Source: Mustelus asterias (taxonomy: Eukaryota). Taken from it: a stretch of DNA of 64,000 nucleotides. Positions 10,775-23,132 of the stretch are shown one piece after another. Made by a program: the position numbers and the translations under genes. Below the pieces are notes generated by a model. That model did no database searches. It was not told the DNA's origin and was given only the letters and a program-made list of their open reading frames with translations. The stretch is from assembly GCF_964213995.1 (NCBI RefSeq), contig NC_135816.1, positions 61,380,001 through 61,444,000 of the forward strand, read 5' to 3'. Numbering within the stretch: the first letter of the stretch is position 1; each line of letters begins with the position of its first letter.

Positions 10775-11058
10775 GCACTGCTGCCTCACAGCGCCAGGGA
10801 CCAGGGTTTCATTCCAGCCTTGAGTGACTAACTGTGTGGAGTTTGCATGTTCTCCCCATGTCTGCATGGGTTTCCTCCGGGTACTCCAGTTCCATCCCAC
10901 AAGTCAAAAGATGTACAGGTTAGGTGAACTGGCCATGATCAATGTATGGGTTTATGGGGATAGGACAGGGGAGTGGGCCTAGGTAAGATGCTCTTTCAAA
11001 GGTTTGGTGCAAACTCAATGGACTGAGCGGCCTCCTTCTGCACTGTAGGCATTCTACA
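10775..11058 (+). mobile_element. HE1-type SINE
   Basis: GCACTGCTGCCTCACAGCGCCAGGGACC head remnant, central domain and CR1-type tail. Confidence 0.8.
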
Positions 11059-11285
11059 GAAATGTGGAAGAGTAAGGTAAATAATATTATTCCATTATCT
11101 CACAGTTGATGTTTGCCTCTGATTGGAATCTTGTTTTGACAACAGATATGAGGAAGAGGTTAAATCCCAAAATCATGCAGCATATCCTGTATTTCTGTCA
11201 TTTCATAAATCATTGGTCTGAATTTTTAAGTAAGAGTTTTAACAACACCAGGTTAAAGTCCAACAGGTTTATTTGGTAGCAAATA

Positions 11286-11322
11286 CCATTAGCTTTCGGA
11301 GCGCTGCTCCTTCGTCAGATGG
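11286..11322 (-). ncRNA. Minimal hammerhead ribozyme motif (Penelope repeat)
   Basis: CCAU-CUGACGA-A-GGAGC agc GCUCC-GAAAGCUA-AUGG. Confidence 0.75.
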
Positions 11323-11575
11323 AGTGGAAATGTGCTCTCAAACAGGGCACAGAGACACAAAAATCAAGTTACAGAATACTGATTAGAATGCGAATCCCTA
11401 CAACCAGCCAGATCTTAAAGATACAGACAATGTGGGTGGAGTCCACATTGGGTGGAGTCCACCCACATTGTCTGTATCTTTAAGACCTAGCTGGCTGTAG
11501 GGATTCGCATTCTAATCAGTATTCTGTAACTTGATTTTTGTGTCTCTGTGCCCTATTTGAGAGCACATTTCCACT

Positions 11576-11612
11576 TCATCTGACGAAGGAGCAGCGCTCC
11601 GAAAGCTAATGG
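11576..11612 (+). ncRNA. Minimal hammerhead ribozyme motif (Penelope repeat)
   Basis: UCAU-CUGACGA-A-GGAGC agc GCUCC-GAAAGCUA-AUGG. Confidence 0.75.
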
Positions 11613-11899
11613 TATTTGCTACCAAATAAACCTGTTGTACTTTAACCTGGTGTTGTTAAAACTCTTACTGTGTTCACCCCAGTCCAACGCCGGCATCTCC
11701 ACATCTTGAATTTTTAATGCAGATGTATTTTCTGAAGATAAGTTGTGAATTTTATGTTCAGTAAAACACAACGCCGTTCGTCAATTCATTGCTAACTTAT
11801 GCTGATTGGTAGACTGGTTTGACTGTGGACTAGAAACTGGATTCATGCTTCCCAAAACAAATTTACCACAGATCATTCTAACAGCACAGAATGTACATG

Positions 11900-13575
11900 T
11901 TCATCCCACCAGTCTATAGTAGATTGATCCTCACTAAACAGCAGAAGCAGCAGACTATAAACAGAATGAAGTGGCCCCATTACCAAAGGATGAGATCAAA
12001 GTTATGCAGTCCTGCCAGATCCATTCAAGAATAGTGGTTGACAATTATACAACTAACCAATGAAGGAGGCTTCATCAGCATCCTCAATAGCCAAGGAGTC
12101 GAGGACATCAGTGCTAAAGACACAGCTAAAGCATTTGCAGCCATCTTATCCAGAAGTGCAAATGGATGATTCATCTTGAGATGTACGATGCAAGTTTTTC
12201 TACACAGAGGGTGGTGGGTGCCTGGAACTCGCTGCTGGGGAAGGTAGTGGAAGCAGATATGATAGTGACTTTTAAGGGGCATCTTGACAAATACATGAAT
12301 AGGATGCAAATAGAGGGAAACGTAGGGGTTTTAGTTCAGTCGGGCAGCATGGTCGGTGCAGGCTTGGAGGGCTGAAGGGCCTGTTCCTGTGCTGTAATTT
12401 TCTTTGTTCAATCTTAGCCTCCTCCAGAGCTCCACACCGTCACAAATGCCAGACTTCAGCCAATTCAATTTGCTCCGCATGATATTACAAAATGGCTTAA
12501 GGCACTGGAAACAGCAAAGTCTATAGGATCCGACAACATATTAGCTGTGGCATGAAGACCTGTGCTCCAAAACTAGCTGTGCCCCGAGCCAAGCTATTCC
12601 AGTACAATACAATGTCACCAAACCCCGACAATGCAGAAAATTGTCTAGACTTGCCCTCTGCACAAAAAGCAGAATAAATCCAATCACCCTTTGACATTCA
12701 ATAGCATTGCTTCACTGAATTCCCAAACATACTGGATGTTGCAATTGACCAGAAACTGAACTGGACCAGTCATATAAATATTATGGCTACAAGAGTAAGT
12801 CAGATGCTGTTTCTTCGCAGTTTCTTGGTCAAAATCTTGGAATTCCCTCCCTATTGGCATTGTGAGTCAACCACAGCACATGGACTGCAATGATTCACGG
12901 AGGGGGGCTCACCATCACCTTCTCAAGGGCAACAAGAGATGGGCAATAAATGCTGGCCAGCCAGTGACACCCATGCCCCACGAATGAATGAATAAAAAAT
13001 GTTGTGGCAAGTAATGCACTTCCTGCCTCCTCAAAACCTTAGCACCATCTACAAGGCAAGGGTCAGGAGTGTGATGGAATATGTTCCTCGTGCCTGTGGC
13101 TTCAAAAGCATTCAAGAAGCTAAACACCAACCAGGACAAAGTAGCTCACTTGATCGGCAACCCATCCACCACCTTAACCATTCACTCTCTCCACCACTGG
13201 TGCACAGTGGCATCACTCTGTACCATCTACATGTTGTACTACAGCAATTTGCTAAGCCTCATTCAGCAGCACCTTCCAATCCTGCACCTTCCAGCACCTA
13301 GCAAGACAAGGGCAGCAGATGCATGGGAACACCATCTCCTGCAAATTCCCCTCCAAGCCACATGTCATCCTGATTTTGCACTGAAGCACCATGTCACTTT
13401 ACTACTGCTGGGTTAAAATCCTGAAACTCCCTTCCTGCCAGCACTGTGGGAGTACCTACACCACATGGACTGCTGCAGTTCAAGGAGTCACACCAACACC
13501 TTCTCAAGAGCACTAGGGATAGGCAATAAATGCTGGCCTAGCCAACAATACTCACATCCCATAAAATATTTTTTT
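11900..13575 (+). mobile_element. Old CR1-group (non-HER1) LINE relics with a nested CR1 3' fragment (~12180-12410)
   Basis: Degraded RT-like segments (..KLFQY.., IYKARVRSVMEY). Two copies of the tail GGGCAATAAATGCTGGCC...CACATCCC. Confidence 0.6.
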
Positions 13576-13862
13576 TAAACCCTAATTAGAAGGGAAAGGA
13601 ACAGAATACCAGCCAACTGCATCAGGCATGTCCCAGTTCTCATTTATCTTAACTTAAATTCATGATTATGAAGGATTAGCAGAGGCTTGACAAGAACTAT
13701 CTCACTTTTTTTGTGGCAGGCTGATCAACTATTCAATTGAGCTCAAGCTGACCTTGGCAAATATTTTGTGGAATCCTTCATTTAAATCTCTGAGGTGGGC
13801 TCTTGGCAATGACTTTATCTCTGACTAAGACCTTCACACTATAACAAACGAAAATTACTCTA

Positions 13863-15070
13863 TGGCCGGGATTTTTCATTCCTGTTCTTATTGGGCAGGA
13901 TTGGTGACGGGAGCAGATAATCCCAAATGGCATTTTACATTAGCAAAAAGTTTCTCTGAGGTCATCCCCTACTCCTGCAAGTGACATGATGGGTTTCTCA
14001 CCATGCATTGTTGGAAAGCTAATATCAATAAGTGAACATATTATCAGACCTCTCTGCAGCAATCACTCCCCCCACATTTGAAGGTCCACTGACAGACGCG
14101 TGACGTCACAATGGCGCAAATCACAACTACTTTCAAAAGACAGGCGAGCTCACCTCTGAGGGTGTTTGGAAGTGAGCACACAACTTTTTCAGAGGAGAGA
14201 GAGGACACTGACAAGATGAAGAGGAACCAGCAAAGGCTTGGATTGTACTGGTGAGGGCAAGCAGGAGTGGGCAGAGGCCTCAAAGGGTACTGGCAAAGTT
14301 GAAGGGGTAGCAGCAAAGGTGTGGGGGGTACGTGCAAGGGGAACTGACCAAGGCCTCAAAGGGTACTGGCAAAGGGGAATGGGCAGTGGCCTCAGAGGGT
14401 ACTGCCAAAGGCGAGGGGGTAGCAGTAAGAGTGGGGGGGGTGGGGGCGGAATGGCGAGGGCGAGGGACAACTGTCAGTGGCAAGGGGAGTAGGAGAAGAG
14501 GCACCAGTGCCAGAAGTGGTCAATGCACCAGGCCCGAAGATTGAGGGTGCAGGGGCTGCAGAGGCAATGGAACCAGGTCAAAGTACAAGGGTCTCGGGGC
14601 CAAAAGGGGAAAAGACATGGGATATGAGGATGATCGGATGTGCTCAGTGCTCATAACCATCGATGAATTGGGCAGCTATGAATGCATTCCAAGCCTGTCA
14701 GCTCCATCTGGCCATTGCCTATGACTGACTTCCTCGCCCTCCAGGACCTCTTCCTCATCGTCCACCTTGCTGTTCTCATCGGAGGAAACATCTCCTCATG
14801 AGGCTGCTCCTCCTCCACCTGTTGAAGTGCTAGGTTGTGATGGGTGCAGCAGATGATCATGATGCATGACATTTTCTGCAGACTGTACTGCAGGGCTTCA
14901 CCAGACTAGTCCAGGCACCAGAACCTCTTTTTCAGCATCCCTATGGTCTGCTCCACAAAACTGCGAGTTGCAGCATAAACCTCATTGTATCATGCCTCAG
15001 CTACACACTGTGGCCTCCACACCAATGTCAGCCACATCCTCAGTGGGTGTCCACTATGGTTTCTGTGGTC
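13863..15070 (-). mobile_element. Degraded Harbinger-derived segment
   Basis: Starts with TIR-like TGGCCGGGATTTT. Minus-strand CIMIICCTHHNLALQ matches the transposase C-terminal CxxLHN motif seen near 58560. Confidence 0.5.
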
Positions 15071-15260
15071 CTCAAAAATAGCCTAAATCTTATATGGTTC
15101 AATAAAATTAGCTCTCATTCTGTTAAACCCCCGTAGATATAGACCCAATCTGTTCACCTTTTCTTCCTAAGATTAGCCCTTCCTCCCAGGAATCAATCAA
15201 GTGAACATTCCCTGAAAAAATTCCAATGCAAACCAAAACTGTACTCAGTATTCCAGATAT

Positions 15261-15390
15261 GGGCTGGGATTTGCTGACCCCCTCGTAGTGGGACCCGTCA
15301 TGGGGGGATGCAGCGGCACAGCCAAAAGTCCATTGACTTTCGACAGGACCAGGTGATCCTGGCAGCGGGCGAGCCCAGAAAATCCTCCCC
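15261..15390. mobile_element. Short Harbinger-type MITE
   Basis: Termini GGGCTGGGATTTGCTG and CAGAAAATCCTCCCC resemble the TIRs of 53583-61377. Confidence 0.5.
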
Positions 15391-16124
15391 ATTGTTTCAC
15401 CAAGGCCCTGCCCCACCTCAAACTGTAACATCATTTTTGCTTTCAAGTGTACTTAATGCTCACAATTACAATTTGACATCAAAAATGCTAACCTGGAATG
15501 AATTTAACATCGAATTTGCTAATGCACTCAAAGCGATCTCAAATACACACAACCTACATTGAAAAATGCAAGGAAATTACTTAAATAATATCTGATTTAT
15601 TCAGTTTCTTATTTAGTCCAAATACTTTGTTCCACTGTACAGTACATGCTTGAGAGCACCACCGGATCCCGATCAATTCCTAATTCATTTTGGTTCCAGG
15701 GTTCATCTTTTCCATCCACCCACTCCCCAGGTCTCAGGATCTAAACTTTCTAGCCCCAACTCAAATTTGAGGATTATATGGCCTGTTACTTCCGTAGAGT
15801 GGCAATCTCCATTGGATTGCCACTCTCGACAGTTTTACATTCATTGTGGTTGCACAGCTCCTGTCTCGTCCAACCTTCCACACACAGGCTGGGTGAGACA
15901 GGAGCTGTGCAGCACGCCCCCAGCAATATCAGTGCAGAGTAACTGGGACAGAAGGTAGGTCACTCTCCTTACAGCAGCAGTTGTTGTGAAGGGGGTGCTT
16001 AACAGGACAAGGGAGCAGGTAAATTTCAATGGTAAGTGGGGGAGGGAGAAGCCGGGGAGGGTGAGGGGTTGGGGGGTGACTGAGGAGGAGACTAGGAGGG
16101 GAGAGGGCAGGACGAGGCAGAGTG

Positions 16125-16630
16125 CAGGGGGGGGGTCCGCGTCCCAAACCACAGTTGGAGGGGGGGGGCCGCGTCCCAAACCACAGTTGGGGGGGGGGGG
16201 GGCGCGTCCCAAACCACAGATGGGGGGGGGGGCGCGTCCCAAACCACAGTTGGGGGGGGGGGGGGGCACGTCCCAAACCACAGTTGGGGGGGGAGGGGGG
16301 GGGCGTCCCAAACCACAGTTGGAGGGGGGGGGCGCGTCCCAAACCACAGTTGGAGGGGGGGGTCCCAAACCACAGTTGGGGGGGGGGGGGGCGCGTCCCA
16401 AACCACAGTTGGGGGGGGGGGGGCGCGGCGCGTCCCAAACTACAGTTGGGGGGGGGGGGGCGCGTCCCAAACTACAGTTGGGGGGGGGGGGGCGCGTCCC
16501 AAACTACAGTTGGGGGGGGGGCGCGTCCCAAACTACAGTTGGGGGGGGGGCGCGTCCCAAACTACAGTTGGGGGGGGGGGGGGGGAGGAGGAGGGGGGGC
16601 GCGTCCCAAACCACATTTGGGGGGGCGGGG
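16125..16630. repeat. G-run minisatellite, 15 copies of GCGCGTCCCAAAC(C/T)ACAGTT plus poly-G
   Basis: Counted directly. Nine CCACAG units, then five CTACAG units, then one degenerate unit. Confidence 0.95.
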
Positions 16631-16938
16631 GGGAACTGTCCCGGACCAGAGTTGGCGGGGGGGGGGGGGGGCGGCGTGGAGGTTGCGGTCAGAGCCAGAG
16701 CGGGATGTCGGAGCTGGATTTGCGGGGGGGGGGGGGGGCAGTCAGAGCGAGAGGGGTTGGTCAGAGCAGCTGTGTGAGGGTGCAGGGTTCACGTCAAGTT
16801 AGGTGGACCCAGTGAGAGGGAGAGATACAGAGACACAACAAGGTGTCCTTCTTGCTTCTTTGTCGTTGTTCTTCTGCACTGCCCAATACCGGTTTTCAGA
16901 ACCAGTTTTAAACTCATTTCTCTGTGTATTCTCAGAAG

Positions 16939-16983
16939 TAAAAAGTCTCACAACACCAGGTTAAAGTCCAGCAGGTTTATTTG
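16939..16983 (-). mobile_element. Tiny Penelope terminal fragment
   Basis: AAGTCTCACAACACCAGGTTAAAGTCC...TTTATTTG flanked by the direct repeat GTATTCTCAGAAG. Confidence 0.75.
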
Positions 16984-17048
16984 GTATTCTCAGAAGGGAA
17001 ATAAGGCATGTCTTGCATCTAATGTCCATTTTGCTTTCATTTCAGAAC

Positions 17049-18281
17049 AGTAAGAAGTCTCACAACACCAGGTTAAAGTCCAACAGGTTTATTTGGTAGC
17101 AAATACCATAAGCTTTCGGAGCAATGCTCCTTCGTCAGATGGAGTGGTCTCTGTTCTCAAACAGGGCACAGACACAGAAGTCAAATTACAGAATACTGAT
17201 TAGAATGCAAATCTCTACAGCCAGCCAGATCTTAAATGTACAGACAATGTGGGTGGAGGGAGCATTCAACACAGGTTAAAGAGATGTGTATTGTCTCCAG
17301 ACAGTACAGCTTGTGAAATTGTGCAAGTCCAGGAGGCAAGCTGTGGGGGTTACTGATAATGTGACATAAATCCAACATCCCGGTTTAGACCGTCCTCATG
17401 TGTGCGGAACTTGGCTATCAGTTTCTGCTCAGTGACTCTGCGCTGTCGTGTGTCATGAAGGCCGCCTTGGAGAACGCTTACCTGAAGATCCAAGGCTGAA
17501 TGCCCGTGGCTGCTGAAGTGCTCTCCCACAGGAAGAGAACAGTCTTGCCTGGTGATTGTCGAGCGGTGTTCATTCATCCGTTGTCGTGGTGTCTGCATGG
17601 TTTCCCCAATGTACCATGCCTCGGGACATCCTTTCTTGAAGCGTATCAGGTAGACAACGTTGGCCGAGTTGCAAGAGTAGGTACCGTGTACCTGGTAGAT
17701 GGTGTTCTCACGTGAGATGATGGCATCCGTGTTGATGATCCGGCACGTCTTGCAGAGGTTGCTGTGGCAGGGCTGTGTGGTGTCGTGGTCACTGTTCTCC
17801 TGAAGGCTGGGTAGTTTGCTGCGGACAATGGTCTGTTTGAGGTTGCGTGGTTGTTTGAAGGCAAGAAGTGGGAGTGTGGGGATGGCCTTGGCGAGATGTT
17901 CGTCTTCATCAATGACATGTTGAAGGCTCCGGAGGAGATGCCGTAGCTTCTCCGCTCCGGGGAAGTACTGGACGACGAAGGGTACTCTGTCCACCGTGTC
18001 CCGTGTTTGTCTTCTGAGGAGGTCGGTGCGGTTTTTCGCCGTGGCGCGTCGGAACTGTTGATCGATGAGTCGAGCGCGATATCCTGTTCTTATGAGAGCA
18101 TCTTTCAGCGTCTGGAGGTGTCTGTTGCGATCCTCCTCATCCGAGCAGATCCTGTGTATTCGGAGGGCTTGTCCGTAGGGGATGGCTTCTTTTACGTGTT
18201 TAGGGTGGAAGCTGGAGAAGTGGAGCATCGTGAGGTTATCCGTGGGCTTGCGGTACAGTGAGGTGCTGAGGTGACCGTCCT
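17049..18281 (-). mobile_element. Penelope-like retroelement, 5'-truncated (RT C-terminus plus GIY-YIG endonuclease)
   Basis: ORF 17350-18306: TSLYRKPTD...HPKHVKEAIPYGQALRIHRICS...NVVYLIR...WYIGET...RMNEHR, followed by the hammerhead-bearing repeat. Confidence 0.95.
17106..17142 (-). ncRNA. Minimal hammerhead ribozyme motif
   Basis: CCAU-CUGACGA-A-GGAGC auu GCUCC-GAAAGCUU-AUGG. Confidence 0.75.
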
Positions 18282-18904
18282 TAATTTGAAAATTAAAAGG
18301 CTCCACTTCATTTCAGAAACCTGTTGACACATTCCGAGATATAAATCAACCGGAGATGGTTTTTCAATGTCTAATGGGATGTAATTGCCTGGAGCCAAAG
18401 TTTGATTGTCTTCACAGCAACACTGTCATTTAAAAGTCCAACCTTTTGCATTTGCCTTCCTTTCTATTGTCTCTGCTTGAATTGAGTCGATCTCAGTCCG
18501 ACTTCGTGTTGGCTTTTGTATCAATTTAATGTGAAGCTCTGATGTAATGTCATATTTCCTCATAAAACATTGGCGCAGGTCTAGTTCTTCTCATAAATAA
18601 AGGATTCTTAAAGCCAATGGATGCTTCCATTTGATTCCCTTTTTGCTGGATTTTTCTCTGAACTTTAATTGGTTTTGCTGGGTTGTCCTCCATTTTTTAT
18701 AACTCAGTTTTTCTCTTTCTGTCAGTAGTTTTGCTTTATTTTTCTCAATTGCTGCTGGAATTCCAATGATATCAAACACAAAGATGGAGATGGATATTCC
18801 TTTAGGGGTTCTGAACATGTTAAAAATAATGATGGATAGGGCTATGGTATGAGGGGTGAATCAATACAGCCCAATGACTATGGTGACATTTTGCCAATTC
18901 GCAT

Positions 18905-19325
18905 GATTTAATAGACGCCCTCACATCAAGTTCGACACTGAAGAGGATGAAAGTCTTCAATGTCGCCACTTCCCATGTTGGGCTGTAATAGAATTAGGCA
19001 GAGACTTGCACAGTGATCTCCATACAATCCAAAATTGCATGGTCTCTTCTGTAAAAGTGAAATTTGGCAGACTAAGACACAACCTTATTGTTAATTCTAC
19101 AGAATATGTGACAAATATATTTTTGCTGTGGAACAGAGCTATTAGCTGGATAGAACTGAAAGCATTCACTGGGTGGCAGGGCTTACGTAGAAACACCACA
19201 TACAGTCCCCATTTGATCAGAGCTTTTCACAATAACCCCATGCCTTCCATGAATAGAAAGGGTAAGTGCTCACTAAATATTCAGGTGGTGACAGAACAGA
19301 ACTATCATTCTACACATTGCTTTTA
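18905..19325 (+). pseudogene. Ancient Harbinger/HARBI1-like transposase fragment
   Basis: IRAFHNNPMPSMNRKGKCSLNIQVV parallels LRAPHAGPQQSLNRKEFHSLNIQIV of the transposase near 58920. Upstream VIELGRDL...VKV also fits. Confidence 0.6.
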
Positions 19326-19843
19326 CAGGGATGGCTGTGAGACTATGAAATGGAATCCATGTTTATAGTCAAGAATAAATTAGAGGTTGTTAAGCAGAGT
19401 AATAAAATCTGAAAATGAGGCAATTAATCTGCCTCATTGTAATCCTAATGAGAGTAGGATTATAGCTGATTAATTGATCAGCAACAACACGAACCGACTG
19501 TTTCCCTGTGTTTTCTATATAATGCAATAATCTAGGAAACAAACATGATGTCTGGTGTGAGTCTGCAATACCTGCATATCTAAAGGAGGTGAATCATTAG
19601 GTGAACATTTGCTGTTAGGAGAACATGGCTGCTGACACCACTAAAAAAAATACTAACTGTGCAGAGACATCTTGAACATCCAATGCTGTCTCTTCACCTG
19701 AAGAGAAGTTCACCATGCAGTTTTGAAACAATGAATGAGTGTATAAAAATGCAGTAGCTGTGCGCAGTGTTTTTAGTGTAGTAGCAGTTCCCAACTTAGA
19801 TTTGAATTGTGTTTGAAATCTGTGCAAAAGTGAGCAGCACTCT

Positions 19844-21168
19844 TAGAACATAGAACATAGAAAAACTACAGCACAAACAGGCTCTTCGGCCCACAAGTTG
19901 TGCTGAACACATCCCTACCTTCTAGACCTACCTATAACCCTCCATCCTATTACGTGCCATGTACTCACCCAGGAGTCTCTTAAAAGACCCTATTGAGTTC
20001 GCCTCCACCACCACTGACGGCAGCCAATTCCACTCGCCCACCACCCTCTGTGTGAAAAACTTACCCCTAACATCTCCCCTGTACCTACCCCCCAGCACCT
20101 TAAACCTGTGTCCTCTCGTAGCAGACATTTCCATCCTGGGAAAAAGCCTCTGAGAGTCCACCCGATCTATGCCTCTCAACATCTTATACACCTATCTATT
20201 AGGTCTCCTCTCATCCTTCGTCTCTCCAAGGAGAAAAGACCGAGCTCCCTCAGCCTATCCTCATAAGGCATGCCACTCAATCCAGGCAACATCCTTGTAA
20301 ATCTCCTCTGCACCCTTTCAATCTTTTCCACATCCTTCCTGTAATGAGGCGACCAGAACTGAGCACAGTACTCCAAGTGGGGTCTGACGAGGGTCTTATA
20401 TAGCTGCATCATTAACCCCGGACTCCTAAACTCAATCCCTCGATTGATAAAGGCCAGCACACCATACGCCTTCTTAACCACCTCCTCCACCTGCGGGGCC
20501 GATTTCAGAGTCCTATGGACCCGGACCCCAAGGTCCTTCTGATCCTCTAAGAGTCTTTCCCTTTAAATTGTACTCCTTCATCCCATTTGACCTACCAAAA
20601 TGGACCACGACGCATTTATCTGGGTTGAAGTCCATCTGCCACTTGTCCGCCCAGCCTTGCATCCTATCTATGTCCCTCTGTAACTTCTGACATCCCTCCA
20701 GACTATCCACAACCCCACCAACCTTCGTGTCGTCGGCAAACTTACCAACCCATCCCTCCACTTCCTCATCCAGGTCATTTATGAAAATGACAAACAGCAA
20801 GGGTCCCAGAACAGATCCCTGGGGCACACCACTGGTGACCGACCTCCATTTAGAAAAAGACCCATCTATACCCACTCTCTGCCTCCTTTGGGCAAGCCAG
20901 TTCTGGATCCACCGGGCAGCAGCACCTTGGATCCCATGCCCTCTCACTTTTTCTAGAAGCCTTGCATGGGGGACCTTATCGAACGCCTTGCTAAAATCCA
21001 TATAAACCACATCTACCGCCTTCCCTTCGTCAATGTGTTTAGTCACATTTTCGAAGAACTCCACCAGGCTCGTAAGGCACGATCTGCCCTTGACAAAGCC
21101 ATGCTGAGTATTCTTAAGCATACTAAACCTGTCTAAATGCTCATATATCCTGTCCCTCAGGATCTTCT
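19844..21168 (-). mobile_element. CR1/HER1 LINE, 5'-truncated
   Basis: QHGFVKGRSCLT, YMDFSKAFDKVPH, GVPQGSVLGPLLF, FADDTK, RPHLEYC. Tail (TTCTATG)n. Confidence 0.95.
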
Positions 21169-21481
21169 CTTGATCATGACATCTGTATAATTGTTCATTA
21201 TTGCAAAAAGGTGCAAAGGTGGCTCTATTTATTCAAATGGTGAGTTTCCGCAATGTACTTGCTCCCTGTGTTTTACTGGACAATGGACTTTAGCTGCAAA
21301 TAGGGCCACCCTTCTATGGTTAACTGACTGAAACGGAACATTTTTTTATTCGTGGGACCTGGGCGTCGCTGGCTGGCCAGCATTTATTGTTGTGGAGATG
21401 CCATCATTGGACTGGGGTAAACACAGTAAGAAGTCTCTCAACACCAGGTTAAAGTCCAACAGGTTTATTTGGTAGCAAAAG

Positions 21482-21518
21482 CCACTAGCTTTCGGAGCGC
21501 TGCTCCTTCGTCAGGTAA
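21482..21518 (-). ncRNA. Minimal hammerhead ribozyme motif
   Basis: UUAC-CUGACGA-A-GGAGC agc GCUCC-GAAAGCUA-GUGG. Confidence 0.75.
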
Positions 21519-23095
21519 GTGGGAGTTCTGTTCACAAACAGGGCATATAAAGACACAAACACAATTTACAAAATAATGGTTGGAATGCGAGTCTTAACAG
21601 GTAATCAAGTCTTCAAGGTACAGACAATGTGAGTGGAGAGAGGGTTAAGCACAGGTTAAAGAGATGTGTATTGTCTCCAGACAGGACAGTTAGTGAGATT
21701 TTGCAAGCCCAGGCAAGTCGTGGGGGTTACAGATAGTGTAACATGAACCCAAAATCCCGGTTGAGGCCGTCCTCATTTGTGCGGAACTTGGCTATCAGTC
21801 TCTGCTCAGCCACTCTGCGTTGTCGTGTGTCGTGAAGGCCGCCTTGGAGAACGCTTACCCGAAGATCAGAGGCCAAATGCCCGTGACCGCTGAAGTGTTC
21901 CCCAACAGGAAGAGAACAGTCTTGCCTGGTGATTGTCGAGCGGTGTTCGTTCATCCGTTGTCGTAGCGTCTGCATGGTTTCCCCAATGTACCATGCCTCG
22001 GGACATCCTTTCCTGCAGCGTATCAGGTAGACAACGTTGGCCGAGTTGCAAGTGTATGTACCGTGTACCTGGTGGATGGTGTTCTCATGTGAGATGATGG
22101 CATCCGTGTCGATGATCCGGCACGTCTTGCAGAGGTTGCTGTGGTGTCGTGGTCACTGTTCTCTTGAAGGCTGGGTAGTTTGCTGCAGACAATGGTCTGT
22201 TTGAGGTTGTGCAGTTGTTTGAAGGCAAGAAGTGGGGGTGTGGTGATGGCCATGGCGAGATGTTCGTCTTCAACAAAGACATGTTGAAGGCTCCGGAGAA
22301 GATGTCATAGCTTCTCCGCTCCGGGGAATTACTGGACGATGAAGGGTACTCTGTCCGCCGTGTCCTGTGTTTGTCTTCTGAGGAGGTTGGTGCGGTTTTT
22401 CGCTGTGGCGCGTCGGAACTGTCGATCGATGAGTCGAGCGCCATATCCTGTTCTTATGAGGGCATCTTTCAGCGTCTGAAGGTGCCTGTTGCGATCCTCC
22501 TCATCTGAGCAGATCCTGTGTACACGTGAGAACACCATCCACCAGGTACACGGTACATACACTTGCAACTCGGCCAATGTTGTCTACCTCATACGCTGCA
22601 GGAAAGGATGTCCCGAGGCATGGTACATTGGGGAGACCATGCAGACGTTACGACAATGGATGAATGAACACCGCTCGACAATCACCAGGCAAGAGTGTTC
22701 TCTCCCTGTTGGGGAACACTTCAGTGGTCACGGGCATTTGGCCTCTGATCTTCGGGTAAGCGTTCTCCAAGGCGGCCTTCACGACACACGACAACGCAGA
22801 GTGGCTGAGCAGAGACTGATAGCCAAGTTCCGCACACATGAGGACAGCCTCAACCGGGATTTTGGGTTCATGACACACTATCTGTAACCCCCACCACTTG
22901 CCTGGGCTTGCAAAATCTCACTAACTGTCCTGTCTGGAGACAATACACATCTCTTTAACCTGTGCTTAACGCTGTTTCCACTCACATTGTCTGTACCTTT
23001 AAGACTTGATTACCTGTAAAGACTCGCATTCCAACCATTATTTTGTAAATTGTGTTTGTGTCTTTATATGCCCTGTTTGTGAACAGAACTCCCAC

Positions 23096-23132
23096 TTACC
23101 TGACGAAGGAGCAGCGCTCCGAAAGCTAGTGG
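23096..23132 (+). ncRNA. Minimal hammerhead ribozyme motif
   Basis: UUAC-CUGACGA-A-GGAGC agc GCUCC-GAAAGCUA-GUGG. Confidence 0.75.

Larger units (their letters stand above)
11230..11706 (+). mobile_element. Penelope-like element reduced to two inverted terminal repeats
   Basis: Arms of ~210 bp (about 11230-11440 vs 11460-11668) are near-perfect reverse complements. The plus arm carries the 3' extension ...GGCATCTCCACA. Flanked by TSD TGAATTTTTAA. Confidence 0.85.

Noticed and set aside
16125-16630. CRISPR-like array (constant repeat with variable spacers) and long Gly/Pro-rich ORFs
   Set aside because: The spacers are only poly-G, the context is vertebrate with no cas genes, and the ORFs arise from stop-free low-complexity DNA.
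19615-19827. Thr-containing minus-strand ORF with a hydrophobic end, as a TIM stalk/TM exon
   Set aside because: The nearby acceptor gives phase 2 for this frame, whereas the IgV exon needs phase 1, and the phase-1 frame stops after ~15 codons.
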